A stretch of DNA of 64,000 nt from a candidate division WOR-3 bacterium (lineage in GTDB: Bacteria > Hydrothermota > Tepidihabitantia > Tepidihabitantales > Tepidihabitantaceae). The position numbers were made by a program, and so were the translations under genes. Every line of letters starts with the position of its first letter. Position 1 is the first letter of the stretch. The notes beneath the pieces were generated by a model. The model saw only the letters and a list, made by a program, of their open reading frames with translations. It made no database searches and was not told the DNA's origin. Positions 20,651-30,615 of the stretch are shown here, one piece after another. The DNA is taken from assembly GCA_965649295.1 (NCBI GenBank), contig CBFGKH010000006.1:96001-160000 (forward strand). Direction: 5' to 3'.

Positions 20651-20713
20651 ATGCCGACGAAGAAAGCCGTCAAGAAGCCGGCCAAGAAGACCGCCAAGAA
20701 GACAAAGAAGTAG
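20651..20713 (+). CDS. 20-aa lysine-rich peptide MPTKKAVKKPAKKTAKKTKK (histone H1-tail-like)
   Basis: Strong RBS AAAGGAGGT shortly before the ATG, upstream promoter, downstream hairpin. Confidence 0.7.
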   Translation: MPTKKAVKKPAKKTAKKTKK

Positions 20714-20733
20714 TCTTCCGGCTTCGCTAAGCT

Positions 20734-20768
20734 TCTCGTCGTCGCTGCTGCGGCGGCGAGACGCTTTT
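20734..20768 (+). terminator. Putative intrinsic terminator
   Basis: TCTCGTCGTCGC-TGCT-GCGGCGGCGAGA hairpin (G-U pairs) followed by CGCTTTT. Confidence 0.55.
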
Positions 20769-20798
20769 CAGTCCCGACCAACGTGCTACAATTGAACC

Positions 20799-21404
20799 AT
20801 GGATAGTCAACTAGCGAACCGCTACGAGAAGCTGAAGTCGCTGGTCGTCGAGCGCCGCCAGCCGTTCACCGAACTGATGACCATGCTCGAGAACAAGACC
20901 TCATGGCTGGAGAGTCCGGCCAGCACCCGTTTCCATCTCGCCGAGAAGCACGGCCTGCTCCGCCACTCGGTCGGCGTGGCCGAAACACTGCTCAAGCTGC
21001 GGGCCTGCCTTGCTCCGCAGCTCTCTTCTGAGAGCTGCGCAATTGTCGGCTTGCTCCATGATGTCGGCAAGGTTGGCATGCCAGGCAAACCGCTCTATCT
21101 ACCCAATCCTGACGAGTGGCAGCGGCAGAACCGCGGCCAGCACTACATCTACAACGAAGAAGTCACGGCAATGGGTCTCGCTGTCCGCAGCCTCTACCTT
21201 GTCACTAAATACCTGCCGCTGTCCGATGCCGAAGCCCAGGCCATCTGCTATCACGACGGCCAGTACATTGCCGAGAACGAACCGGTTGCCCACAAAGAGG
21301 AGCCACTGCTACTGCTGCTGCACTGGGCCGACTACTGGACCATGCATGTCATCGAGGAGGGCTGGCCACTAGCGGACGACACAAGTCGCTACGACCGCAG
21401 CTGA
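20799..21404 (+). CDS. HD-domain phosphohydrolase (YhaM-like HD core)
   Basis: PASTRFH...GLLRHS...LLHDVGK...YHDG...HWAD. Confidence 0.85.
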   Translation: MDSQLANRYEKLKSLVVERRQPFTELMTMLENKTSWLESPASTRFHLAEKHGLLRHSVGVAETLLKLRACLAPQLSSESCAIVGLLHDVGKVGMPGKPLYLPNPDEWQRQNRGQHYIYNEEVTAMGLAVRSLYLVTKYLPLSDAEAQAICYHDGQYIAENEPVAHKEEPLLLLLHWADYWTMHVIEEGWPLADDTSRYDRS

Positions 21405-21907
21405 TTAGCAGACAGTGACCTAGTCAGGGTATTAGTAGCTCGTGGCGGTTGCGGTTCGGCTTGTCTCGTGCGCGCGGTCGCGGGCGGCTGAGCACTCGCA
21501 CGGTCAGACCGGCAATATGTTTATCTTGGCCCAGCCGCCGCGCCGGCGATTCCTTTCCCGGCCGCAGAACCTTGCAGACCATTTATGAAGACCGGTCGGG
21601 CAGAGCCCTGGCCGCGGCCGGTCGGCCAACTGCCCAGCCGGCTCGTTCAAGCTACTCTCAGCAATTATGACGCCCTAACCCGGTTCGCAGTTGTCAGAGT
21701 AGAAAGCGGCAGTTCCAACTGCTCACTAGCCCAGCAGCCTGGGACAGGAGTCGGTTGCTCCCCGGGCAGACGGCTCGCTGCCCGCGGCTAGGGCAGCAGA
21801 CTGGTGACGAAATGCGCTATGACAGGATAGTATTCAGCTCCCATTGTCTCGGGCCGGTTGTAGTGCTCCACGCGTCCTCTTCAGTATCAGGCCAAGCCAG
21901 AAGTTGG

Positions 21908-23356
21908 CTACCGCTGCAAGACCACCTTCTGCGTGGCCCGGTAGTTGCCAGCCGCAAAGCGCACAAGATACACGCCCGGCGGCAGTAGCCGGCCGGTCGC
22001 ATCACGACCGTCCCACCACGTATTCGGCGCGCATAGCAACCGCACCAGCCGGCCCGTACCATCGTACACCCCAATCGCACCGGCCTGACTTGGGGTCGAG
22101 ATGTGGAACGACCCGCGGCCGACGCCGGGACGAACCGAGATACGCTCCGCTGCCACCGACTGCTCCCCACCAAGCGCAACCGGATACGGCGCGTTCCACC
22201 AGCACCCGTTCAACCCTGCTCCAACAAAGACGCAGCCCGCACCGGTAAACGGCCCACCCGGCAAATAGCAAAGCTTTGGCCGCACCTCGGAGCCGGTTCC
22301 GACGCTGCCTTGATTGATGAGCAGAGTATCCGACCATTGGGTCGGGCTGGCCGCGTGAACGAAACGACGGTGAACACGCCGGACTATGTCATCATCAACG
22401 ATGTAGGAGGCGTTGACGTATTGGTTGCCGGGACTCGTGTAGTTCCGCAAGTCAGGAAAGCATTCATCGTACGCTGCCGTGCCGGCCAGAAAGGCCGGCG
22501 CAGACCAGGCAATACCGCCGTTCGTTGAGAAGCTGTACTTGATGTCCCAGTCGCCCGAGTTCTGGTAGTCTTGTGACCAGAGCATCCAGACCGTGGCGGC
22601 TGATTCGGGCTGCGTGAACGCGGCCGCGACGACCGGGTCTGCCACCTCATCCGAGTCGGTAGTCACGAGGCCGTACTCCCACGCACTCGCGTTCAGATAC
22701 TGGCGGTTCGTCCAGATGTGAACCGCACCGCCCTGCCAGCGGCTGTGCGCTGCAAAGTAGATACGCGAACCCGCGCCAGCCGCGAGGTATGGGTCACGGA
22801 CTTGAACCGCATAGCTGTCAACGAATGCCCAGCTGCTGCCGTAGTCAACCGATCGCAGGAACCGAAGCGCCCGGTATCCACCCACTGCCTGCGGGTTAGT
22901 AACTGCCGCATAGAGCCAGTAGTCCGAACCGGTATAGTCACGGCAGAATGCGAAGTCGGTAATAGTGTCGGGCCCGACCGCCACCGGCGACTGCACCGGC
23001 ATACCGCCTTCGTTGTAGCGAATCTGCCACAGGTCGCCTCCCTGGTAGTTGATGAGGTAGAACAAGTGAATCGCGCCGGAGTCGCCCTCACCAACCACGA
23101 GCTGCAGCTTGTCGAAGAGGTCGCCGGCCCGCCGCAGCGAGAAACGCGCTTCCCACGCTCTTCCGTATCCGAGCGACTTGTACAGGTAGGTTGTGCTGTC
23201 CTCGAGCACGGTGAATGCAACCCACATCGTGCCGTCCATTTCGTAGTCAGCAGCCGTGGCCACGACGGTCCCGCTGTGTATCAGTACATCAGGTTCCGGC
23301 CAGGCAGCAGCCGGCGTGAACAACAGAAACGCAAGCAGTAGCTGCTTCACTTGCAC
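21908..23356 (-). CDS. Secreted BNR/Asp-box protein with FlgD-Ig/T9SS-like C-terminal domain
   Basis: Signal peptide; SVDYGSSW and STNGGIAW Asp-boxes; WDGRD..G..LPPGVYLVR CTD. Confidence 0.8.
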   Translation of the reverse strand: MQVKQLLLAFLLFTPAAAWPEPDVLIHSGTVVATAADYEMDGTMWVAFTVLEDSTTYLYKSLGYGRAWEARFSLRRAGDLFDKLQLVVGEGDSGAIHLFYLINYQGGDLWQIRYNEGGMPVQSPVAVGPDTITDFAFCRDYTGSDYWLYAAVTNPQAVGGYRALRFLRSVDYGSSWAFVDSYAVQVRDPYLAAGAGSRIYFAAHSRWQGGAVHIWTNRQYLNASAWEYGLVTTDSDEVADPVVAAAFTQPESAATVWMLWSQDYQNSGDWDIKYSFSTNGGIAWSAPAFLAGTAAYDECFPDLRNYTSPGNQYVNASYIVDDDIVRRVHRRFVHAASPTQWSDTLLINQGSVGTGSEVRPKLCYLPGGPFTGAGCVFVGAGLNGCWWNAPYPVALGGEQSVAAERISVRPGVGRGSFHISTPSQAGAIGVYDGTGRLVRLLCAPNTWWDGRDATGRLLPPGVYLVRFAAGNYRATQKVVLQR

Positions 23357-23362
23357 CTCCCC

Positions 23363-23905
23363 TCAGCGCTGCAGAACTATCTTCTGGGTCGCGCGGTAGT
23401 CGCCGGCAGAGAACCGCACGAGATACACGCCGGCCGGCAGTAGCCGGCCGCACCCATCGCTGCCGTCCCAGGCAACACTGTGCGAGCCACGCCTGACACT
23501 CGACGCCAGAAGCTGACGGACGACGCGACCGATCAGGTCGTGTACGGCCAAGAGGACCGGACCATCGCCGGCCAGCGAGTAGCGGATGACCGCCTGACTC
23601 CGGGTCGGATTCGGCGCGACCGTCTCCAGCCGCGTGACCAGCACCGCTCCGCCCGCTCTAACCTCGCCCGGTTCTTGAATGCCAACACCGTAGTCCGGCA
23701 ACCAGAACCCGGCAAAGACCGCAAGGCCCGATGCAGTCGAGAGACCAACTGCAGTCTGGCCAGCGGTCGAGCCGGACTTATATGCGCTCGAACTCATCTC
23801 GCCGCCGGCAATCCCGTTCACGGCCCAATCACAGCGATAGGACTGGGCGAGACAAACAGCAGCGAAGACTGTGACGAGCACCATCGAAACCAGCTTTGAC
23901 TTCAC
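23363..23905 (-). CDS. Small secreted protein: short N-terminal module plus FlgD-Ig CTD
   Basis: GGAGG RBS, signal peptide, QSYRCDW...GQTAVG...AGFW module, PNP...WDGSD...GVYLVR CTD. Confidence 0.8.
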   Translation of the reverse strand: MKSKLVSMVLVTVFAAVCLAQSYRCDWAVNGIAGGEMSSSAYKSGSTAGQTAVGLSTASGLAVFAGFWLPDYGVGIQEPGEVRAGGAVLVTRLETVAPNPTRSQAVIRYSLAGDGPVLLAVHDLIGRVVRQLLASSVRRGSHSVAWDGSDGCGRLLPAGVYLVRFSAGDYRATQKIVLQR

Positions 23906-23931
23906 TGTTACCTCCATCGGGTCACTTCCCG

Positions 23932-25950
23932 CTATCTCTCTATCGGCTCCGGCAGCGGTAGCTGCTCAGTTGTGCCGGTAACCGACGCCGGAGTCGCGGC
24001 GGTTGCCGTTTCAAGCGGCCCTGGCGCTTCGGGCAAACGGAGACCCTCGTTGCCCTTCCATTTGGCGAGCACCCGCCAGGAGAATCGGGCATCGCTCTGC
24101 CCGCCCTGTAGCTCATAGACGTCGAACCCGGTCGCGTTCTTTTTCACATAGACGCCTCGGCAGTCATCTTCGAGCTGAACAAAGACCTTGAGCGGATGCT
24201 CGTCATTGACAGTAATGCAGTCAACGAAGACCGGTTCGAGATTGATGCGGCAGTGGCCGTTGACCAGTTGTCCCACACCGGCGTCCTCGAAGTAGGGTTC
24301 AGGCATCTCCGGCGCAAACAGGGTCTTGCGGCCATCCCGCGTCGCCATGATTGTACTCACCGTGCCGTTGCCAAGTATCTTGTAGTTGGTCGTGCCGTTG
24401 TAGTAGCTGACATAGGCATACGCACCGTAGCCGTTTGAGAAGTAGCCACCCTGGCCCACCCCAGTGCTGCTGGCACGGCCGTAGATGCCACAGCTTGTTC
24501 CCACACCAGCCACGCCGCTGCCCGCGGTCAGATACGATCCGGGTGAACCCTGGCCTGTTGCCAATAGCCCGGTACCAGAGGAGTTCTGGTTGCCGGCAAA
24601 CAGACCAAAACCGGTCGGGCTGTTGGCCAAGCCGTAGATGCCGTAGCAACCGCCCGAAGTGTTCGTGGCGTAGCCGCAGGCGCCATAGACAGTGCCGGTA
24701 AAGGCACCGCCCGCACCACTGGACGGGTTCTCAAAAAAGCTGACGCCATTGCCAACGCCAATGACGCCGGTGCCGTTTGTCGCGTTGGCTTTTAGATAGC
24801 CGCCCTTACTGCTACCGACAAAGGCGCCGCCGCAGCCGCCAGTCGGCACGCTGATGCTCTGCCCCTGACCAGCGCCGACTATGCCAACCCCACTGGCATT
24901 GCCATTGTAACCTGCCACACCGTAGCAGCCCGAGGTGTTAGTCTGGCCATAGACACCGTCGGCCACTGTTCCGCCACTGCCATACACACCAGGATAGGAC
25001 GAGGTCCCCGACTGTCCATACACACCCGCAGCATAGGTTCCGCCATTGCCGTAGATGCCCGGTGCCGCACTCGAATTGGCCACGCCGTAGAACTGACCTG
25101 CCCGGCACGTGCCACTCATCCAGAAATTGCCGGTCTGGGCACTGGCATACTGATTGCGAATATAGCGGTCATCACCCCAGACCGAGTCAAACCGCACCGT
25201 GCCAGTGGTCGTAATTGGGTTGGGCGTGCAGACCACGCCAGCACCCTGACTGACACTAGTAACCGTGCCGCCACCCGACACTCCAACGCTGTCGTTTGCC
25301 GGAACCCACGCCGAACCACTCCACTTCATCACCTGACCGGTCGAGGCGCCCATCCGCCCAAGGTCAGCAGCCGCAATCGTGCCGTCGCTAATCATCGCCG
25401 ATGTCACCGCGCCAGCCTGCCCTTCGTTGACATACCGGCTGTCAAGCGCAGTCGTGTCCTTGCCCTGCAGCAGGTCAGCATTCGCCGCCCGCTCGCTGAG
25501 ATACGCATACGCGGCACTAGCGATTTGCAGACGCGGAGCCAATTCTGCGCCACCACCAACCGCCATCCCCAGATAGACCGCTCCTCCGTCCGGTATCGTA
25601 CCGATTGGTGTCACTGATCCAAGCAGCACCGAAAAGAGCCCAGCTCGGGTGCGCACACTCTGAGTTTCCTCCCAGAACTGGGTCCCGCCGCTCGGCTGAC
25701 TGTACAGCCGGAACCGTATTGAGTAGAGCGTGTCTGCCACCGGCAGGCCCAAGGTGTCGGTCAGCTTGCCTTGATACGACAGCAGCCGCGGTATCGTGAT
25801 GGCATCAGTGCCGCCGACAACTGCCGATGACAGACGTTGGGTCTCGTTGTTCTGCCATCTGACTTCTGGCTTCTCGCCTCTGGCTTCATTCTGTGCCACA
25901 GCCAATACTACAGCCGTCGCCAGCACGAGCATCGTGACTCTCTTCATCAT
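23932..25950 (-). CDS. Secreted fibre/adhesin-like protein 1 (Gly-rich repeats; tail-fibre chaperone-like C-terminus)
   Basis: Signal peptide, IPRLLSYQGKLTD module, GVYG repeats, C-terminal PEPYFEDAGVGQLVNG...FSWRV. Confidence 0.75.
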   Translation of the reverse strand: MMKRVTMLVLATAVVLAVAQNEARGEKPEVRWQNNETQRLSSAVVGGTDAITIPRLLSYQGKLTDTLGLPVADTLYSIRFRLYSQPSGGTQFWEETQSVRTRAGLFSVLLGSVTPIGTIPDGGAVYLGMAVGGGAELAPRLQIASAAYAYLSERAANADLLQGKDTTALDSRYVNEGQAGAVTSAMISDGTIAAADLGRMGASTGQVMKWSGSAWVPANDSVGVSGGGTVTSVSQGAGVVCTPNPITTTGTVRFDSVWGDDRYIRNQYASAQTGNFWMSGTCRAGQFYGVANSSAAPGIYGNGGTYAAGVYGQSGTSSYPGVYGSGGTVADGVYGQTNTSGCYGVAGYNGNASGVGIVGAGQGQSISVPTGGCGGAFVGSSKGGYLKANATNGTGVIGVGNGVSFFENPSSGAGGAFTGTVYGACGYATNTSGGCYGIYGLANSPTGFGLFAGNQNSSGTGLLATGQGSPGSYLTAGSGVAGVGTSCGIYGRASSTGVGQGGYFSNGYGAYAYVSYYNGTTNYKILGNGTVSTIMATRDGRKTLFAPEMPEPYFEDAGVGQLVNGHCRINLEPVFVDCITVNDEHPLKVFVQLEDDCRGVYVKKNATGFDVYELQGGQSDARFSWRVLAKWKGNEGLRLPEAPGPLETATAATPASVTGTTEQLPLPEPIER
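25285..25800 (-). repeat. Copy 1 of an approximately 510-bp near-identical coding module
   Basis: Aligns with 28776-29288; encodes ITIPRLLSYQG...NDS. Confidence 0.9.
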
Positions 25951-25956
25951 CTCTCC

Positions 25957-27471
25957 TTACTGCCCAATCAGGGCAAAGCTCTTTGAGCAAGCAGCGGTCC
26001 CGCCGAGTCGGCAGAAGTAGCTACCGGCCGGCACTCTTCTCCGTCCATCATCCGTTCCATCCCACCAGGTCCAGCATTCCTGCCCGGTGCCGCGCACAGC
26101 AAGCCGCCTCACGTTCCGGCCCAAGGCATCGCTGATGAGCAGACTGCCGTCTGCACCAGCCGGGAGTTGCCAGCGCAGCCACGCGCCGCCGGGTGCCGAC
26201 CGAACCGCCAGCACGACGTCCGCTGCCAGCGGTGCAGACTCGACGACGCCGGTGCTGTCACCCTCAATCGTCGCGCGCCACGCGAATCGCCAGCCACCGG
26301 TCTCGACCAGCTGCGTGGCCACCGCCACCAGGACAATCGTGTCATACTGCCATCCCGGAATGACAATCGAACCGGTATCAAGCGAGTTCGGTAGCAATAT
26401 GCGGTATTCACGCGGTATCGAGCCAAGTCCCAGCACATAGACGTCCCAGGTGCGGCCATCCTCACCGTCAAAGAAAATTCGCACCCGATTCTGACCAAAA
26501 CCGGTGAACCCGACAAACTTGCAGCCACCGGGAGCTTCTGGCAACCGGTCGGTGGCTGAATCAATGACCGGATACTGGGCGTACCAGTGATAACACCGAC
26601 TCGTCTGCCAGTCCTCGGCATCCTGGAAGTGACGGCTGTCGTCGCGGCTGCCCGTGAACCAGCGCCAAATCGCATAGTGCCCCAGCGCCCGCTCCATTGT
26701 TGAGCTGTAGTAGTTGTAGAGCGCAACCCAGGTGCCCCACCAGGTGTTCTCGCCACCCTGCGCGCCGAGTTGCTCCCAGACCCGGCGCGGACAGACCGGG
26801 TCTGCATAGTATTCGTGCAGGAACCTAGGCCAAAGCCAGCCCGGATAGGTGAATCGGCTCAGTCGAAAATGGGTGCTGTCCAACGGATGGCGAAAACCGT
26901 TAAGCCACCACGCACCGAATCCCCAGCCTTCCATTGTCCAATCGCTCATCCACTCGGCAGTGTTCTCGTAGAACGATGTAATCTCCACTCCGCTGTAGCG
27001 AGCCTGGCAGGCGTGATTGAACTCATGGGCGATGACCAACCGCAAACCACTCCAGTTCAGACCAGTCCTGATTTGAATAAAACAGGTCCAGCCATCAGGG
27101 TAGGGTTCATCATACTGGTCTTCCGGCGATGTCAGTCCGTCCCAAGCGCTCGTATCCACAAGATAGACGTCGAGCCTGCTGTCCGGCCCTTGCTGGTCTG
27201 GTGCTGGCGCGGCCCATCCCAGGGTATCCACCTGGCGCCACCAAGCGCGAGCGACATACGAGCTGGCTGACTCGGCATAGGCATGCGTCGTTGCGTGCCG
27301 ACCAGTCGTGTCATAGTGAACCCAGCAGCTGCCGCTGCCAGTCCGGCACTGACCAACTGCTGGCCGGTGGGCCAAAATGCCGGCGCGAAACTGGTCAAGC
27401 CGCTCCGGTGTTCCGCAGACCAGCCCGCCAGACGGCGCTGCCAGTAACAGAACCGCCAGCAGCGCGCTCAC
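25957..27471 (-). CDS. Secreted zinc metalloprotease (MXAN_6640-like) with FlgD-Ig CTD
   Basis: AHEFNHACQ, downstream YENTAEW, VHYDTTG; WDGTD...GSYFCR CTD; GTG overlaps the upstream TGA. Confidence 0.75.
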   Translation of the reverse strand: MSALLAVLLLAAPSGGLVCGTPERLDQFRAGILAHRPAVGQCRTGSGSCWVHYDTTGRHATTHAYAESASSYVARAWWRQVDTLGWAAPAPDQQGPDSRLDVYLVDTSAWDGLTSPEDQYDEPYPDGWTCFIQIRTGLNWSGLRLVIAHEFNHACQARYSGVEITSFYENTAEWMSDWTMEGWGFGAWWLNGFRHPLDSTHFRLSRFTYPGWLWPRFLHEYYADPVCPRRVWEQLGAQGGENTWWGTWVALYNYYSSTMERALGHYAIWRWFTGSRDDSRHFQDAEDWQTSRCYHWYAQYPVIDSATDRLPEAPGGCKFVGFTGFGQNRVRIFFDGEDGRTWDVYVLGLGSIPREYRILLPNSLDTGSIVIPGWQYDTIVLVAVATQLVETGGWRFAWRATIEGDSTGVVESAPLAADVVLAVRSAPGGAWLRWQLPAGADGSLLISDALGRNVRRLAVRGTGQECWTWWDGTDDGRRRVPAGSYFCRLGGTAACSKSFALIGQ

Positions 27472-29408
27472 TTCAGCCCCGTAACCGCTCGTTCTGTCGG
27501 AGACGGCGCCGACTGGCAACGCCGACCAACCGCAATCCAGTCGAATGTCACTTCCGCCCCCTCGTCCGACTCGACCCGGAATCCGGCCACACTCTTGGCC
27601 GCCACCCAGACTCCTTTGCAGCGCGATGTCGGTGTGACCGTCACCTGCAGCCCTTCACCTTCCAGCGCCTGACTGAACCCAATCGGGAACTCCACTTCGG
27701 CCCTGCCATCAGCCAGTCGGGCCGAACCCGAGGCCACGACCTGTTGCTCTTGTCCAATCAGCCCATAGCCGGTCACGCCATCTGCCAGCCAGGTCTGCCA
27801 ACCACCGGTGGCGTAGCCGTGTCCCTGCACATAGAAGCCGCGAATGCCAGCACCAGTACCGGTGTTGTTATAGGCGGTCAGGGCGTAGTTGTCGTTGTTG
27901 TTGTTCCGAAAGTGGCCGCCCGCACCGTTGTTGCTGTTGGCATAGACACCGTAGCTACCGGCATTGGAGACAAGCACGCCCATCGCATTGGCGTTCGGCG
28001 TGTACAAGGCGTAGTTGGCATTCGTCACCTGCACGCCGTCGTCTCCCGCACTTGCTATCTGGATGCCGTCAATGCTTGCCGTGCCGACGACCACCCCGAA
28101 CTGCGCTGAATTGATGCGGAAACCCTGATTGGCGGTATCAACCTGCACGCCGGTCGAGTCCGCCTTCAGCACACGCACGCCATCCTTGCGCGCCCGCTGC
28201 ACATAGGCGCCGTGAGCATTGGCCCGCGCCACGTGCAGCCCGTGCGCGCCAGCCCGGTCAATCGCGAACCCGGACCAGCCGCAGGAATCGGCGTGAAACC
28301 CGTGATGCCCGCTGAACCCGGCATCGAAGCCGTTCATAGTGACAGCGGTGTCAACCTGCACGCCGGTCGTCTGCGCTCGCACGACCTCGATGCCATCGGC
28401 ACCGGCGCGGCCGACATACACACCTTCCCAGCCAGTGTTCCCTATCCAAATGCCCAACGACTGGGCCGAGTCAATCCGCAAGCCGTTGCCTTGTGACGCC
28501 AGAACCTGGACGCCGTTCTGCGTTGCCCGCTCTACAAACAGCCCGGCCTGGGCACTGTCCACGCGCACGCCGAACAGACCGGCTCGATCCACGGTCAGGC
28601 CGTTGTAGCTTGAGCGCCAGACCCGCATCCCGTAGTCACCGGCACGAATCACCGCGATTCCGCCGCCCGCGCCGCTGTTGTTCGCCAGCAGCACCGCGCC
28701 GGTTCCGGCCACCGCCGCATCAAGCGTGCAGGGCTTGACAATATCACTGCCGCGCACCGGCCCGGCACCGATCCCGATGCTGTCATTACGCGGCTGCCAC
28801 GCCGAGCCGGTCCACTTCATCACCTGCCCGGTCGCAGCGCCCATCTGCCCAAGGTCACTAGCCGCAATCGTGCCGTCGCTAATCATCGCCGATGTCACCG
28901 CGCCGGCCTGCCCTTCGTTGACATACCGGCTGTCAAGCGCAATCGTGTCCTTGCCCTGGAGCAGGTCGGCATTCGCTGCCCGCTCACTCAAGTAGGCATA
29001 GGCCGCGCTCGCTATCCGCAGCCTCGGAGCCAGCTCGGCGCCGTTCACCGCCATCCCAAGATAGACCGCACCTGCGTCCGGCACCGTGCCGATTGGTGTC
29101 ACCGACCCAAGCAGCACCGAGAATAGCCCGGCTCGGGTGCGCACGGACTGGGTCTCCTCCCAGAACTGGGTACCGCCGCTTGGCTGGCTGTACAGCCGGA
29201 AGCGAACCGAGTAGAGCGTATCTGCCACCGGCACCCCCAAGGTGTCGGTCAGCCTGCCTTGATACGATAGCAATCGGGGAATGGTAATATTGTCGGTCGC
29301 GAAAGTTACCGCGCCTGCCTGGCGAGACAACCCCGGCTGCTCCAAATGAGCACTAGCCAGCGCCAGCACCCAAAGCGACAGCAGTATCAGCACGTTCCGT
29401 ACGACCAT
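27468..29408 (-). CDS. Secreted fibre/adhesin-like protein 2 (beta-helix-like G-x-x-V-x-x-A repeats)
   Basis: GGAGG RBS, signal peptide, N-terminal module shared with 23932-25950, 11-aa periodic repeats, related C-terminal domain. Confidence 0.75.
   Translation of the reverse strand: MVVRNVLILLSLWVLALASAHLEQPGLSRQAGAVTFATDNITIPRLLSYQGRLTDTLGVPVADTLYSVRFRLYSQPSGGTQFWEETQSVRTRAGLFSVLLGSVTPIGTVPDAGAVYLGMAVNGAELAPRLRIASAAYAYLSERAANADLLQGKDTIALDSRYVNEGQAGAVTSAMISDGTIAASDLGQMGAATGQVMKWTGSAWQPRNDSIGIGAGPVRGSDIVKPCTLDAAVAGTGAVLLANNSGAGGGIAVIRAGDYGMRVWRSSYNGLTVDRAGLFGVRVDSAQAGLFVERATQNGVQVLASQGNGLRIDSAQSLGIWIGNTGWEGVYVGRAGADGIEVVRAQTTGVQVDTAVTMNGFDAGFSGHHGFHADSCGWSGFAIDRAGAHGLHVARANAHGAYVQRARKDGVRVLKADSTGVQVDTANQGFRINSAQFGVVVGTASIDGIQIASAGDDGVQVTNANYALYTPNANAMGVLVSNAGSYGVYANSNNGAGGHFRNNNNDNYALTAYNNTGTGAGIRGFYVQGHGYATGGWQTWLADGVTGYGLIGQEQQVVASGSARLADGRAEVEFPIGFSQALEGEGLQVTVTPTSRCKGVWVAAKSVAGFRVESDEGAEVTFDWIAVGRRCQSAPSPTERAVTGLK
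28776..29288 (-). repeat. Copy 2 of the approximately 510-bp coding module
   Basis: Aligns with 25285-25800. Confidence 0.9.
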
Positions 29409-29601
29409 GGCGGTTCCTCCCTTGGTCGAACTAGCTCCTGCCTTCCGACACGTCCATGCTGCGGACCGGCCACGGCCCAGACCCGGCCCGAGTGACAAGC
29501 CAATCTAAACCAATGACGAGAAAGGTCAAGTAGGAACAGGATTGCCCGGAGCCTGCTCTTTCCGTATAATAATTAGCTGGCTAGGTTGGATAGGAGTGGA
29601 T

Positions 29602-29856
29602 ATGTCAAACAACCTCTCAGACCGCTTTGCCTTTGATGCCGAACGGCTGCGCCGCATCCGCGCCATCGAGGAACAGACCGAGCCCGGCTACCGCCCCAAT
29701 CGCGATTTCTATTCTTACCTGCGCTTGTTCCTCGTGCTCGTCCTGATTGGGATTGCGGTCGGCTACCTCTACGTCCACCGCGAAAGCGTCATCGAATGGG
29801 TCCGCCAACCAGTGGCAAAGCCACCGGTTGACACCCTGCCGGCCGACGATTTCTAA
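29602..29856 (+). CDS. Small single-TM hypothetical protein
   Basis: AGGAG RBS, upstream TATAAT, one TM helix. Confidence 0.65.
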   Translation: MSNNLSDRFAFDAERLRRIRAIEEQTEPGYRPNRDFYSYLRLFLVLVLIGIAVGYLYVHRESVIEWVRQPVAKPPVDTLPADDF

Positions 29857-29871
29857 CGGTAACGGCAGCGG

Positions 29872-30432
29872 CTAGTGCAGCCGCTCCAGATACTTGCCGG
29901 TGGCGACGTCAATCCGAATGCGGTCGCCGTTCTTGATGAACTGCGGCACTAGCACTTCAAGTCCGTTCTCGATTGTCGCCGTCTTCGGTGCGGCATTGGG
30001 ATCGCCGTGCAGGGCCGGCCCAGTTGCCGTCACCACCACATCAACTGTCCGCGGCAGAACCGCATCCAGCGGCTCACTGCCCAAAAACTCAAACTGCAGT
30101 CGGCACCCGTCAGTCACAAACCGCTCGTAGTTGCCAAGCATCTGTCTCGGGATGGCGATATCCTCAAAAGTCTCGGGATGGAGAAAATGAAACGTATCGG
30201 CATCACGATAAGAGTAGTCCAGCCAGACCGTCTCCACCGCAATGTCCTCAACCTTGGCCTCCGGATGAAGGCGTTGTTCGGTCTGGGTGTGGGTGCGAAG
30301 ATTGCGCAGCCGGACATGAACCGAACTCGGCAGCTTGGCCGTCCCGACCTTGAGCTCGGCGTGCAGCACCTTATACAGCTCGCCATCAATTCGGACACAC
30401 ATCCCATCGCGCAGGTCTGCTGCCTTAATCAT
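29872..30432 (-). CDS. efp: Elongation factor P family protein (non-canonical loop)
   Basis: MIKAADLRDGM, RLRNLRT, ATIENGLEVLVPQFIKNGDRIRID...YLER. Confidence 0.85.
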   Translation of the reverse strand: MIKAADLRDGMCVRIDGELYKVLHAELKVGTAKLPSSVHVRLRNLRTHTQTEQRLHPEAKVEDIAVETVWLDYSYRDADTFHFLHPETFEDIAIPRQMLGNYERFVTDGCRLQFEFLGSEPLDAVLPRTVDVVVTATGPALHGDPNAAPKTATIENGLEVLVPQFIKNGDRIRIDVATGKYLERLH

Positions 30433-30615
30433 ACACGCTCCTAGTTACCTGACCCAGCCTAGCCGACGCCAGACACGCTGTCAAAGAGAACTGCCGCCAA
30501 CTCCGTACGATATCGGTCAATTCTCAGCCCCGCCAACGACCGTGGCTAAGCTCCAACCGTCGCCATAGCTGTGTGCTCAGAAGACCATGGCCTGTTCTCG
30601 ATGTTTCTGGCTGGA

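Noticed and set aside
21405..21907. 500-bp gap with short ORFs in several frames
   Set aside because: No RBS, motif, repeat or convincing structure recognised; left uncalled
23932..29408. Prophage tail-fibre region
   Set aside because: The proteins have signal peptides, and no capsid, terminase or integrase genes are nearby
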